A stretch of 64,000 nt of DNA, from positions 1 through 64,000 of the forward strand of contig BEHE01000011.1 of NCBI GenBank assembly GCA_002898395.1, written 5' to 3'. The stretch is from Candidatus Calditenuaceae archaeon HR02 (GTDB taxonomy: Archaea > Thermoproteota > Nitrososphaeria_A > Caldarchaeales > Calditenuaceae). Below the pieces are notes generated by a model that worked only from the letters and a program-made list of their open reading frames with translations, did not search any database and had not been told where the DNA came from. A program made the translations under genes and the position numbers. Numbering within the stretch: the first letter of the stretch is position 1; each line of letters begins with the position of its first letter. This document shows, piece after piece, positions 9,595-20,183 of the stretch.

Positions 9595-10380
9595 ATGGCG
9601 GTTATAGGCCTGGTTGGCGGGTCTGGAATCTACAGCGCCGAGATGCTCGTAGAAGCTAGACAGGTTAAAGCATACACCCCGTATGGCGCGCCGAGCGCTG
9701 CACTGACGGTCGGAAGGATGGGTCACCACAAGGTCGTATTCCTCCCGAGGCATGGAGTCGGACACAGCATACCACCCCACATGATCAACTACAGGGCGAA
9801 TATCTGGGCCTTGAAGGAGCAGGGCGTGGAGAGGGTCTTAGCCCCCAGCGCTGTCGGAAGCCTCCAGGAGGAGTATAGGCCAGGCGAGCTCGTGCTGCCC
9901 GACCAGTTTATAGACAGGACTCATGGTAGGGCCTCAACCTTCTATGACGGCGGCCAGGTAGCGCACATATCCATGGCAGACCCCTTCTGCCCAGAGCTCA
10001 CAGACATAGTCTACAGCGAGGCCCTCAGACTCGGCCTCCCAATACACAGGGGCGGAACATACGTCTGCATTCAAGGCCCAAGATTCTCCACACGCGCCGA
10101 GTCCAACATGTTCAGGGCATGGGGCGGCCACATAATCGGCATGACACTCGTCCCTGAGGTATCACTCGCCAGAGAGGCCAGGATGTGCTACCTCACAATC
10201 GCAATGGTCACAGACTACGACTGCTGGAAGGAGGGGTGGCGCGTAACAGCGGAAGAAGTAGTCAAGACTATGGCGAGCAACGTGGAGAAGGTCCAGAAAC
10301 TACTGGCCCGCGTCATACCAGCCATACCCGAGACACGGGGATGCAGATGCGCCCACTACCTCGACGAAGCACTCCTCTAA
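9595..10380 (+). CDS. mtnP: S-methyl-5'-thioadenosine phosphorylase
   Basis: GGSG, PRHG, NYRANIWAL, GPRFSTRAES, GMT, VTDYDCW. Confidence 0.93.
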   Translation: MAVIGLVGGSGIYSAEMLVEARQVKAYTPYGAPSAALTVGRMGHHKVVFLPRHGVGHSIPPHMINYRANIWALKEQGVERVLAPSAVGSLQEEYRPGELVLPDQFIDRTHGRASTFYDGGQVAHISMADPFCPELTDIVYSEALRLGLPIHRGGTYVCIQGPRFSTRAESNMFRAWGGHIIGMTLVPEVSLAREARMCYLTIAMVTDYDCWKEGWRVTAEEVVKTMASNVEKVQKLLARVIPAIPETRGCRCAHYLDEALL

Positions 10381-10421
10381 AACTATTCAGACCTGGAGGG
10401 CTTCTTGTCTACGGTTGGGTT

Positions 10422-11312
10422 TTAAGGAGTGATGTCAAATCCGGCTAGGAAGCTGAGCGAGTCAGAGATGTCTGTCCTGTAGGCGAAGGCTGAGCCCTTA
10501 CAGTAGGCGTTCAACACGAAGCTGTTTACAGCCACTATCAACTCCTCCCCAGTCTCAGACTTGTGTAGGACTGGGCCGCCGGAGTCGCCGAAGCATGTGC
10601 CACCGGGCCCGGTCCCGAGGCCGGGATCGTTCGAGTAGTGGAGGTTGTAGCCGTCGGTTAAGGCGCTGCGCAGATCGATGAGCATGACCGTCGCATTATA
10701 TCGTTCACGCTCGCCCATGAAGAAGGGCTTCACCAGCTGGAACCCATAGCCGACAACCCTGAACTTTACGTTCTGTAGCTCACGCCGCGTCGCTAGGACG
10801 TCAAGATATCCAAGTGGCGCCAGCTTACCATACCTCGGCATGGATACCGACTTGTCAAGCACGACGACACCAATATCATGTGTGTTGGGCAGCGTCAAGT
10901 AGCCTGTCCATCCCGGGTGTGGGTGGGGCACCCCCCAGTGGCCCCCCGAGCACGGATAGCCCGAAAATCCCTCACAAGATACGCCACCGCCTGGATAGTC
11001 CCCAAAAAGAATTGGGCCTGGGTCAAACCAGACCTGCGCATAGGATGGGACCAAGTCTAGTTCAGGGTCGTATCCAGTGCAGTGCCCCGCAGTGAGGAGG
11101 ATGGTCGGCGAGACAAGTGCACCAGTGCAGCGCCAGAGCGGCACCTTATTCTCATCGTAGAAGACCACGAGGCCAACATATGGATGAGCATCGAGGTCTC
11201 TCTAGCCATACTGGATCGCTGAGAGAGGCGTGACCACCACAAGCGTGAAGAGCATCACAACCATGGCTACGTGTACTGATAAGCGGAGGCCATCCAGAGA
11301 TTTTGAAGGCAT
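10422..11312 (-). pseudogene. Secreted trypsin-like (S1) serine protease with an in-frame TAG near the mature N-terminus
   Basis: ATG 11312, signal peptide ..VVVTPLSA-IQYG*RDLDAHPYVGLVVFYD (TAG at 11202-11204), then an intact triad LTAGHC / HDIGVV / GDSGGP. Confidence 0.8.
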
Positions 11313-11390
11313 GGCTATAGATTGCCGCACGTGCTTAAATTATTTTCGGAATTGTGTGGAGGAGCTTGACGACGATTATGTCGTCCTCCT

Positions 11391-12185
11391 TCAGCGTTCT
11401 ATGGTGCTTAGGACCTCTTTGAGAGGCTTCTTCTCGAAGCCTTGGGGGAGCTGCCACTCGGCCTGCGTTGCGTCCACGAATTCTATGTCCCGTCTCGTTT
11501 CGGCCAGCCACGAGAGGAGCCGGTGGGCGTAGTCGAGCTTCATTCTCTTCATACGCAACCAGTGTGGGCTGGATGCCTTCAGCTCGGCAGAAAATCTTCC
11601 TATACGACAGGTGAGACACATTCCGATGGTTATGATTTTTCTGGCGCCGAGGGCTGCCGCCATGAATACTGCCCTATCGCCGTCGGTGAATCCGCCGAAG
11701 TTGTGTATGTGGCCTCGGGGAGAGCACTGGCAGGTGGCCTCGACGCGCTCGCCTAGCCGTGGAAGGTGTTGTCTGAGCCTCTCGATGTTATCTCCGTGGG
11801 CGTGGACAACTATAACCGCACCCCTCCTCCAGCACTCGTAGATATCCTCGAATCTTCCGTCTAGGTCCGTTACTACTATGTCGGGGGTGACACCTGCCTC
11901 CAATAGGGGCGTAGTCGCCGTATCGGCTGAGACAACGGCCACGCCCTTGTACAGGTTTTCAGCGAGTATCCTAGCCTCCTCGCCTAAGGTGTCGTATGCG
12001 CCGGCCACCACTACGCACCTCGCCCTGCTGAGCCTAGATGCCAGCTCCTCCCTCAGGCACCTCTTATCAGACATGAAGCTGGAGAGCATCTCGGCGGCCT
12101 CTTCATCCCTCTCGGGCGAGAAGCTGAAGTCCCTGAGTATTCTCTGGTACCAGTCCAGCCAGCCTGGCGGGGGCTCGGGCATCAT
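11391..12185 (-). CDS. mptE: 6-hydroxymethyl-7,8-dihydropterin pyrophosphokinase (DUF115)
   Basis: VTDLDG, HAHGDN, NFGGFTDGDRA; adjacent to mptA. Confidence 0.9.
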   Translation of the reverse strand: MMPEPPPGWLDWYQRILRDFSFSPERDEEAAEMLSSFMSDKRCLREELASRLSRARCVVVAGAYDTLGEEARILAENLYKGVAVVSADTATTPLLEAGVTPDIVVTDLDGRFEDIYECWRRGAVIVVHAHGDNIERLRQHLPRLGERVEATCQCSPRGHIHNFGGFTDGDRAVFMAAALGARKIITIGMCLTCRIGRFSAELKASSPHWLRMKRMKLDYAHRLLSWLAETRRDIEFVDATQAEWQLPQGFEKKPLKEVLSTIER

Positions 12186-12186
12186 T

Positions 12187-13110
12187 CTATAACTGATTCC
12201 GGAGACCCTCCCTTATCTCGCCTAGGGTTGCGGAGAGCCTGGCCTCGAGGTCATAGCTATGGATGCTCTCGATGCTTCTGACGCGGATTGTGAGCCTGGT
12301 CCTATTGTCGAGCGACCGGTATCTCTTGGATACTTGGGCCGCGACGAGCCTAGCTACGTCCTCGACGAATAGTGGGTTGCTGAGGGCCTTCAGGACGACC
12401 CTACCCTCATCAATCCTTTTCAAGGCCTCATAGGATGGGGCGCTCATGCATTCCTTTACAAGGTCGGCGAGGTCCAAAAGGTCCACAGTTTCACCGTCGA
12501 CTAGGAACAGTCTCACAGATGTCACGGTTCTCTGCATGTGCGTCCCAACTATTTTATCGTCGCCGATGATGGAGTTTTTCTCCCACTCTGCAAGGGTCTT
12601 CACCGTCTGCTGTGCGCACGGGCACGCGGTGACCCCGCTCACAGAAACCCCTATCCCCCTACGAGTCCTTACCCTCCCGTCAAGCCTCTCGGCCGCCGCG
12701 TAGGCCCAGACAGGAATGGCCTCATAGGACTCAACCATGCTTGTGGGAGCCTTAGATACCCTGAATATCTCGCCACTGAGCTCGCAGCTGGAGTTGGTGG
12801 CGTATTCGTGCTTCGACAAGAGCTCCTCGGCGACCTGCGCACAGATGTCCTCAAGCCTCAGCCCCGAGAACGTCGATTGATTAACAACCTTAAACACTGA
12901 TTCATAGCTCCTGCTCGCGTGGATGCCTCTCTGACTCTTGGGCAGGTCGACGTAGACCGTGAGTAACGGTCTCTGGACAACTATTACGCCATCGCCGAAA
13001 TGGACGCTGGCGTATGGGAGGCGTATCCTAACGAGGCCAACCTTCTTGACCCTTATAGGCACCTTCGCGGGCTCTGACTGGATGTCTGGCAGAACCGGGT
13101 GATTACCCAA
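12187..13110 (-). CDS. mptA: GTP cyclohydrolase MptA/FolE2 family
   Basis: LPDIQ, RGIHASR, TACPCA, THMQR, NPLFVED, ESIH. Confidence 0.9.
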   Translation of the reverse strand: MGNHPVLPDIQSEPAKVPIRVKKVGLVRIRLPYASVHFGDGVIVVQRPLLTVYVDLPKSQRGIHASRSYESVFKVVNQSTFSGLRLEDICAQVAEELLSKHEYATNSSCELSGEIFRVSKAPTSMVESYEAIPVWAYAAAERLDGRVRTRRGIGVSVSGVTACPCAQQTVKTLAEWEKNSIIGDDKIVGTHMQRTVTSVRLFLVDGETVDLLDLADLVKECMSAPSYEALKRIDEGRVVLKALSNPLFVEDVARLVAAQVSKRYRSLDNRTRLTIRVRSIESIHSYDLEARLSATLGEIREGLRNQL

Positions 13111-13197
13111 TTTTTAATTCCCATGTCTGTCCATGGGACCCCGTATAAATACCATTCACACTAAGCCACCCTCATAGCCTTGGTTAGGGAGCACCCT

Positions 13198-14514
13198 TTA
13201 CGGCTGTATCCTTGTGGGTGTTCTGGGGAAGGGGGCGGCCATTCTGACGTGTGGCAGGTCCAGAATCCATTTAAGAACCCTCTCGACACCCATTCCAAAG
13301 CCGGCGTGGGGGACAGAGCCGTACTTCCTCAGGTCAAGATACCAGTAGTAGTCCTCCGGCCTTAGGCCCTCCTCAAGTATCCGGCTCCGCAGCTCCTCAT
13401 AGTCGTCAATCCTCACACCACTCCCCACGATCTCTCCATTCCCCCGCGGCGCTAGGAGGTCTGCGCTCAGCGTCACCTCCCTGTTCGAAGGATCTGGCTT
13501 GTGGTAGAATGCCTTGAGCTTTTTTGGGAAGTGGGTTAGGAATACGGGCTTCTCGAACTCACCGGATATTATCTTCTCCTCGTCAGCACCTATGTCTATC
13601 CCCCACTCGGCGTCAACCCCGTGCCTCCTCAGGATGTCGAGGGCCTCGGCGTATGTTATCCTCGGGAAGGGCCCCTCAACCTCCTCGGTCCTTATTCTTC
13701 TACCGAGAGTCCTCAGCTCTTTCTTCGAGAGCTCGTCGACGCGGATTACAATGTATCTGACCAGCTCCTCGATGGTCTTTAGAAGATCCTCGAACCCTGC
13801 ATAGGCCATCTCAGCCTCGACATGCCAGAACTCTGTGAGGTGTCGGGTCGTCCTGCTCTTCTCAGCCCTAAAGCTGGGCTGGATGCTGTAGACCCTCTCC
13901 AGAGAGTAGATGGCCGCCTCCTGGTAGAATTGGACGCTCTGTGTGAGGTAGACCTTCTTGCCGAAGTAGTTGACCTCGAAGAGGGTTGCGCCTCCCTCTA
14001 CCGCTGCGGTGACTAGGGTGGGGCAGTCAATCTCGACGAACCCCCTAGACCTGAAGAACTCGTGAACCGCCCAGATCAGGTTTGACCTAATCCTCATAAC
14101 CGCAGTAACCCTCGGACTCCTCAGGTAAAGGTGCCTGTTATCGTAGAGGACCCTGGATGTGACGCCTTTTCTTATAGGGAAGTCATCGAGAGACTGGCCT
14201 ATCGTCTTGAAGTATGTGCAGCGGACCTCCACGCCGCCCGGAGCCCTCGGGTCGTGGGCTATGATGCCGCGAACCAGTACCGAGGATTCGCGACTGGCCT
14301 TGCTTGCCTCCTCGAAGCTCTCGGGCCCAACCCGCCCCGCGTTGACCGCCACCTGTATAACCCCCGTCGAGTCTCTAAGGTCGATGAAGAGCAGCCGCCC
14401 GTGCGACCTCTTCCTCCAGACCCAGCCTCTAAGCTCAACCTCGACGCCTTCACCCGCGTCGAAGACCTCACTCACATTCCTCAAGCTAGACCAACATAGC
14501 GTCTGTGAGACCAA
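13198..14514 (-). CDS. asnS: Asparagine--tRNA ligase
   Basis: OB fold FIDLRD, VEGGATLF, FRAEKSRTTRHLTEFWHVEAE, WYLDLRKYGSVPHAGFGMGVER; true start may be slightly downstream. Confidence 0.88.
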   Translation of the reverse strand: MVSQTLCWSSLRNVSEVFDAGEGVEVELRGWVWRKRSHGRLLFIDLRDSTGVIQVAVNAGRVGPESFEEASKASRESSVLVRGIIAHDPRAPGGVEVRCTYFKTIGQSLDDFPIRKGVTSRVLYDNRHLYLRSPRVTAVMRIRSNLIWAVHEFFRSRGFVEIDCPTLVTAAVEGGATLFEVNYFGKKVYLTQSVQFYQEAAIYSLERVYSIQPSFRAEKSRTTRHLTEFWHVEAEMAYAGFEDLLKTIEELVRYIVIRVDELSKKELRTLGRRIRTEEVEGPFPRITYAEALDILRRHGVDAEWGIDIGADEEKIISGEFEKPVFLTHFPKKLKAFYHKPDPSNREVTLSADLLAPRGNGEIVGSGVRIDDYEELRSRILEEGLRPEDYYWYLDLRKYGSVPHAGFGMGVERVLKWILDLPHVRMAAPFPRTPTRIQP

Positions 14515-14524
14515 TTATACATAG

Positions 14525-15175
14525 TTATGTCTGGGCCAGTGTTTTAGCCTCTGAGCCGGCCTCGTATGTGCCGATGAGTATCATGGTTAGGGCGACGAGC
14601 TGGGCTGCGTGCCCGAGAATATAGTATAGCAGGTTTAGGGGGGTTAGGAAGAAGAGTATGTGGCTTAGAAGAAGTGCTAGGAATCCAGCGAATATGCTTC
14701 CAGACCCTCTCGGCCTCCCGCTTACCCAGTTGTGGGCTGTCTCCACGACTAGGTAGACAAGTAGCCCCGCGGAGATGATCTCGAAGAGGGGGTTATAGAT
14801 GGTGAGGAGGAGCGGGTAGAGGAGCTGCACAGCCTGGGGGGTCCTGAGCCTAGGCAGAGCGTAGGCTGCTATGAAGATGACGTATGCGACGACCCTGATA
14901 ACGGAGTAGACGACCTCGACGGTGACTAGACCTAGGAGGGGTTGAAGGGGGGGTCGGCTTATAGGCCCGGCCACGGTTACTATGAATCCGATTACTGCGA
15001 CTCTGAATAGCATAGCTACCGACATGAAGGCAAACCCTACCCCGAGGAGGAAGAAGCCCCAAGAGCCGAGAACCCTATAGGCCCTGAATGACTGGACTGC
15101 TATGAAGAGGCCTATCACTAGGCTGACGGCCTCAAAGACCACGTCAATTCTCAGGAGCGAGAATATTCCTAACAA
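14525..15175 (-). CDS. Polytopic membrane protein (about 6-7 TM), unknown function
   Basis: Hydrophobic helices throughout. Confidence 0.7.
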   Translation of the reverse strand: MLGIFSLLRIDVVFEAVSLVIGLFIAVQSFRAYRVLGSWGFFLLGVGFAFMSVAMLFRVAVIGFIVTVAGPISRPPLQPLLGLVTVEVVYSVIRVVAYVIFIAAYALPRLRTPQAVQLLYPLLLTIYNPLFEIISAGLLVYLVVETAHNWVSGRPRGSGSIFAGFLALLLSHILFFLTPLNLLYYILGHAAQLVALTMILIGTYEAGSEAKTLAQT

Positions 15176-15226
15176 CCGCTAAACCTAGCTGAGGCGGGAG
15201 AAAAAATACGTATAGTTTTCGGCATC

Positions 15227-15799
15227 TTAAGCGTTTCCTGTGTAGGAAGTCTCACAAAATGTGCCGCCCTGGCGGAGATGGAGCCGCGTCGCTTGCAGCC
15301 CAGTGGTCAGGTCTATGAGCTCCTTGAAGATGTAGAAGCTACTCTGTGTGCCATCTTGCCTCGCTACTGTCACTCTATAGACGACCAACTGTACTTCGTC
15401 ACCAATATTGAGCTTGTTCTCAAAGGCGAGCCTGACGAGGCTTACCGACTCGTTATCAACCAGCAGCCACATGGGGGTCTTGACCACTACTCTACCCGTC
15501 AACGTCTCGACGACCATGTAGCCCCTGTCAAGCTCGACGAGCCTCCCCGATAGCTGGAGCTCCTCTGTGGATACTGTGAAGTTGAGGAGTGGCACCCGCC
15601 TCCACCCCCCGTGATGCATCCGATACATGCCAACACCACCGCGGGAGTCACTACCCAGCTGCATGGGCCACTGATAACCCGCGACTCCCGCCGCTACCCG
15701 GGCATAGACATAGGGCGGCTGGTGAAGCAGGATCGCCACGACCAGCAGACCCGCGACGCCCGCCGCGACAATGGCCGAGATCTTAAACCCACGGTGCAT
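15227..15799 (-). CDS. Secreted or membrane-anchored hypothetical protein
   Basis: N-terminal hydrophobic segment, Gly/Met/His-rich linker, beta-rich C-terminus. Confidence 0.65.
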   Translation of the reverse strand: MHRGFKISAIVAAGVAGLLVVAILLHQPPYVYARVAAGVAGYQWPMQLGSDSRGGVGMYRMHHGGWRRVPLLNFTVSTEELQLSGRLVELDRGYMVVETLTGRVVVKTPMWLLVDNESVSLVRLAFENKLNIGDEVQLVVYRVTVARQDGTQSSFYIFKELIDLTTGLQATRLHLRQGGTFCETSYTGNA

Positions 15800-16357
15800 A
15801 CAGCTTCAACATATCCTCAGTGAATGCATAATAAAAGCCGCGTGTACGAATCGTCTAGCGCGGCCTCCTAGCCCCTCTGCCAGACTCAGCGAACCTCAGC
15901 AGGTTTACAAGAACTGGGGTATCGGTCCGGGGAATCCTAGGTCTCTGAAGCCCTCAGCCTCCTTCTGTACCACCCGTCGGTCGCCAGCGCAACTCTCCTC
16001 ACACGCAACGTTAGCGATGGTCTTCAGCAGCCCCTTCCTTGCCATGAACCTGTGGACGGCTGGCGTCTCGCCCGGGTAGTAGAGGGAGGTAGGGACGCCG
16101 AGAGGAGCGGGGCCTCTTGGGCCATAGCGCCACCGCCGCAGAAGACTGCAAGGGCGTTGGAGATCAGCGGATAGCGCCAGCCTGGGCTCAGACAACGTCA
16201 AGCCGGTTCAAGCGTGGCACATAGAGAATCTCGCAAAGAGGCTTGAAAGGCCCCGCCCGATATGGGTGTTCATATCTCCCTACAATTTAAAAACTATGGA
16301 TGCTTCGGCGTGTAAGCGAATGTTTAAATACAACCCCAATATGAGGAAGACGAAAAA

Positions 16358-17602
16358 GTGTCGCATAAAATTTGTGGAGTTCACAAAAGTATACTCATAA
16401 TTTACGGAATAAACTACAAGAACACACCCATATCTTGGAGGGAAATCGTCTACAGGGAACTCGAGCGACTCCGGCTTAGCAACGCCCTGAACGGGTTGAG
16501 GTTCGGGAGGGCTCGGGCTTTCATCACGACCTGCCATAGGATAGAGGTTGTGTCCCTGATGCCCCCCGACGACAAGGGCGCCGCAGTAGAAGGAACGCGC
16601 GCCAACTTCCTTGGCCCCGACCACTATATCAGGATGGGTAGGGACGCAGTAGCCCACATCCTGAGGCTCGCAGCGGGTCTCGAATCCGCTGTGCCGTTTG
16701 AGAACCAAATAGCCAAGCAGGTCTCGGAGGCAGAGGTTTCGGGCGAGGGGCGATGCTCGTCGATTTTGAGAGGGATGTTGATCTCTGCGGCGGATCTCGC
16801 TAGGCGTATCCGTTCGCTCATCGGAGCCCCGTACAGGTCTCTCGGCATGTTAGCGGGGGAGCTGGCGCTGGACCGCCTTGGAGACGGCTCTCGGGTCCTC
16901 CTGATAGGTTCCGGAACTATGGTCCGAGACGTAGGATCCGTTTTGCGCAGCTCGGGCAGGAACCTCAGGGTATACGTTCTAACAGATAGGAAAGCGCTGG
17001 ACGGCCCCCTCAGTGACGCCTCAAGGCTCTCCTACGAGGAGATATGTCGCTCAGAGAGAGAGGTCCAAGGATTTGAAGCTGTGATATCAGCCACCAAGAG
17101 GAGTCTGAACAATGAATACCTGGAGAAGATATTCGCCGGACGCTACCCCCAGCTAGTGATTGATCTCTCGTTTCCGCGCTCCCTCGATCCATTATACGTC
17201 TCCGAAAGGAGCGAGGAGTACCTTGACGTGGACACGCTGGGAATGATCGCAGAGAAGAAGTACTCATTGACGGAGGAGGAGCTGATTACGGCGAATTCCA
17301 TCGTAAACGCTTCAGTCGAAGTGATCTACAGACACGTTGCGAGTGAAGTACTGGCCGAGGAGGTCGTCCGAGAGATCAGGTTGAATGCCGGAAGGATTGT
17401 CGAAGAAGAGGCGCGGAACGCCCTCAACTACTTAGACAGTGGGGTCGATCCTGCGTTTGTCGTCCGAAAGTCACTAGAACGCCTTGTAAACAGGATGCTT
17501 CACGCAACCTGTGAGAGTACAAGAAGTATGGCCGAGGGAGGCGTCGACGAGCGACTCTTGATGTTCCTCAAGGACGCGTTCGTCGGAGGTGACTCTCGGT
17601 GA
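16358..17602 (+). CDS. hemA: Glutamyl-tRNA reductase (divergent)
   Basis: GINYKNTP, TCHRIE, HILRLAAGLES..ENQI..QV, LIGSGTM, IDLSFPR; first gene of the hem cluster. Confidence 0.85.
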   Translation: MSHKICGVHKSILIIYGINYKNTPISWREIVYRELERLRLSNALNGLRFGRARAFITTCHRIEVVSLMPPDDKGAAVEGTRANFLGPDHYIRMGRDAVAHILRLAAGLESAVPFENQIAKQVSEAEVSGEGRCSSILRGMLISAADLARRIRSLIGAPYRSLGMLAGELALDRLGDGSRVLLIGSGTMVRDVGSVLRSSGRNLRVYVLTDRKALDGPLSDASRLSYEEICRSEREVQGFEAVISATKRSLNNEYLEKIFAGRYPQLVIDLSFPRSLDPLYVSERSEEYLDVDTLGMIAEKKYSLTEEELITANSIVNASVEVIYRHVASEVLAEEVVREIRLNAGRIVEEEARNALNYLDSGVDPAFVVRKSLERLVNRMLHATCESTRSMAEGGVDERLLMFLKDAFVGGDSR

Positions 17603-18486
17603 GGATCAGGTTGGGGACGCGAAGGAGCAGGCTGGCGGTGATCCAAGCGGAGACAGTAGCTGCGCTGCTGAAGAGAAGCCGCTCGGATATCGAGGTTGAG
17701 ATAGTGAAGGTCGCCGCTGAGGGTGACGAGGATCAAAATACAACACGAGACGTCTGGGGAAAGGGAGCCTTTGTGGGATCACTCCAGAGGAAGTGCGTCG
17801 AGGGAGAGATCGATGCGGCAGTCCACAGCCTGAAGGACTTGCCCTTGGAAGAGCCCGGCGGACTAGTGCTCGCCTCCGTGCCGTTGAGGGACGATCCGAG
17901 GGATGCCCTCATCACTAGGGACGGCAGGAAGTTGGGTGAGCTGAGAGTAGGTGCCGTAATAGGGACCAGCAGCGAGAGGAGGGCGCTCCAGCTGAAGGAT
18001 CTGAGGAGGGACCTGAAGATCATGGAACTTAGAGGCAACGTGGACACGCGGGTTAGGAAGGTTCTGGAGTTCTCCGTTTGCGATGGCGCTGTGGTTTCCT
18101 ACGCTGCTCTCAAGAGGCTTGGTCTGGGATCCCTCCCCTCCGAGGTCTTCGACGTCGAAAGATTGGTCCCTGCCCCAGGTCAGGGAGCGATAGCTGTGGA
18201 GTGCCGCCGCGATGATGAGGAGCTCGTCGACCTGTTGAGGTCGATAGACGACCCTGAAGCTAGGTTCGAGGTGAATATCGAGAGGAGGATTTCGAAGACG
18301 CTCAGCGGTGGTTGTAGGGTTCCTGTAGGGGTCAACGCTAGGGTGGACGGGTCGAGGGTGAAGGTGGTCGCGACGATCACTAAAAACGGGGGAGTGGTGA
18401 GGGCCTCAATTGAAGGGCCTGGGATGACCATCGAGACGCTGATAGGTGATTTAGTATCTAGGCTGAGGGGTGTAGAGGTTGCCTGA
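17599..18486 (+). CDS. hemC: Hydroxymethylbilane synthase
   Basis: GTRRSRLA, AVHSLKD, GTSSERR, LRGNVDTR, PAPGQG, GGCRVP. Confidence 0.95.
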   Translation: MRIRLGTRRSRLAVIQAETVAALLKRSRSDIEVEIVKVAAEGDEDQNTTRDVWGKGAFVGSLQRKCVEGEIDAAVHSLKDLPLEEPGGLVLASVPLRDDPRDALITRDGRKLGELRVGAVIGTSSERRALQLKDLRRDLKIMELRGNVDTRVRKVLEFSVCDGAVVSYAALKRLGLGSLPSEVFDVERLVPAPGQGAIAVECRRDDEELVDLLRSIDDPEARFEVNIERRISKTLSGGCRVPVGVNARVDGSRVKVVATITKNGGVVRASIEGPGMTIETLIGDLVSRLRGVEVA

Positions 18487-19207
18487 TGGGGCTCTGCTGG
18501 TTGTTGGGACGAAGTCCTTCTGCAGAAGGGCACGTGACCTCTTCTCAAAGATAGGGATACCAGTCGCGACGCTCGAGGCTCTAGAGGAGGACATTGACTA
18601 CGAAGACGTAACGGATGCGCTCCTCCAGATGGACGGGTTCGATTGGGGAGTCTTCACAAGTGTGAACGCTGTCAGGGTCTTATCGGAGACTGCACAACGC
18701 CTCGGCCTTGAGAGACCATTGGACCGCCTCAAGTGGGCCGCGGCCGTCGGACCATCGACCGCCAAGGCGCTGGCCGAGCTGTGGAAAGGGGAGGTCTTCA
18801 TCCCATCTAGTTACACCACCGAGGTTCTCGCTGAGCAGCTTCCCAACGTTGAGGGCTCGTCCATAATAGCCTTCAGGTCGGGGCAAGCAGACGAGAGACT
18901 CGATACGATCCTTCTCAGACGCGGCGCGCGGAGGGTAGTTCGCGTGAGTGCCTACTCGGTCAGGATCAGGGTGGACGCAGACGTCCCATCGGAGCACTCA
19001 CTCGTGGTGCTTGGGGCGCCGAGCTCCGCACGGGCGTATCACCTCCTCTGCAGGTCTCGAGGTCTTGAGACCAGACCTGCGATCTGCATAGGGCCGGTGA
19101 CGGGGAACGTCGCTACGAAGCTCAGAATAGCAGTGGTGGGTGTAGCTGAGGAGCATTCCCTAGAGGGTGTGGTGAGGAAGGCGTTGGAGGTGATTGGAAA
19201 CGCCTAG
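18479..19207 (+). CDS. hemD: Uroporphyrinogen-III synthase
   Basis: FTSVNAV, VGPSTA, CIGPVT. Confidence 0.88.
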   Translation: MPDGALLVVGTKSFCRRARDLFSKIGIPVATLEALEEDIDYEDVTDALLQMDGFDWGVFTSVNAVRVLSETAQRLGLERPLDRLKWAAAVGPSTAKALAELWKGEVFIPSSYTTEVLAEQLPNVEGSSIIAFRSGQADERLDTILLRRGARRVVRVSAYSVRIRVDADVPSEHSLVVLGAPSSARAYHLLCRSRGLETRPAICIGPVTGNVATKLRIAVVGVAEEHSLEGVVRKALEVIGNA

Positions 19208-20183
19208 TCCTATAAGGCTTAGGAGACTCAGGAGCTCACCGAAGATCAGAGCGATCGTAAGGGAGACGACCTTGGACCCGTCGAGGTTCCTCTATCCTGT
19301 ATTCGTGAGGGACGGTGAGCGGGTCAAGGAACCTATACCATCGCTGCCCCGCGTCGAGAGGATCTCGATTGACGTCTTGGTTGGTGAGATCGCATCCATG
19401 GCGGAGGAACTGGGCATTGCAGGACTCCTCCTCTTCGGCATACCATCGAAGAAGGACGAGCTTGGCTCGGAGGCCTACAGTAGGGACGGAACAGTTCAGA
19501 GGGCCGTCAGGGCCCTTCACGAGAATGGCTACAAGGGCGTGATAGCGACGGACGTCTGCCTCTGCCAGTACACGTCGCATGGACACTGCGGCGTAGTGAG
19601 GGATGGAAGGGTGCTTAACGATGAGACTCTCGACCACCTCTCAAGAATAGCGTTGAGCCATGCAGAGGCGGGTGCCGACGTTGTCGCGCCGAGCGCGATG
19701 ATGGACCATCAGGTCTCAGCCATAAGGCGGGCCCTCGATGAAGAGGGCTTCGAGGAGACCGTCATAATGTCCTACAGCGCGAAGTTCGCATCATCACTCT
19801 ACGGACCCTTCAGGAACGCGGCCCATTCGGCACCATCCTTCGGCGACAGGACCTCTTACCAGATTGATCCGGCGAACGGTAGGGAGGCGATGAGGGAGAT
19901 TGAGCTCGACATAGAGGAGGGTGCGGATATAGTGATGGTCAAGCCCGCCCTCTTATATCTTGATGTGATAAAAGAGGCGAGGATGAGATTCGGGGTTCCG
20001 ATAGCGGCGTACCACGTCAGCGGCGAGTATGCCATGATCAAGGCCGCCGGAAGGTTAGGATGGCTGGACGACTTGTGGGTCGAGATAGAGGCTCTGACAG
20101 CCATGAGGAGGGCTGGAGCAGACATCATCATCACATACTCTGCCCTAGAGGTCGCAGAGGTCCTTGGGGGGCGCAGAAGATGA
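19194..20183 (+). CDS. hemB: Porphobilinogen synthase (ALA dehydratase)
   Basis: DVCLCQYTSHGHCG, APSAMMD, YSAKF, MVKP, VSGEY. Confidence 0.96.
   Translation: METPSPIRLRRLRSSPKIRAIVRETTLDPSRFLYPVFVRDGERVKEPIPSLPRVERISIDVLVGEIASMAEELGIAGLLLFGIPSKKDELGSEAYSRDGTVQRAVRALHENGYKGVIATDVCLCQYTSHGHCGVVRDGRVLNDETLDHLSRIALSHAEAGADVVAPSAMMDHQVSAIRRALDEEGFEETVIMSYSAKFASSLYGPFRNAAHSAPSFGDRTSYQIDPANGREAMREIELDIEEGADIVMVKPALLYLDVIKEARMRFGVPIAAYHVSGEYAMIKAAGRLGWLDDLWVEIEALTAMRRAGADIIITYSALEVAEVLGGRRR

Noticed and set aside
15905-16201. 98-aa ORF upstream of hemA
   Set aside because: No family signal; it may be debris.
20060-20179. N-terminal extension of hemL in the ORF track
   Set aside because: It overlaps hemB; the ATGA-coupled start at 20180 fits the family.
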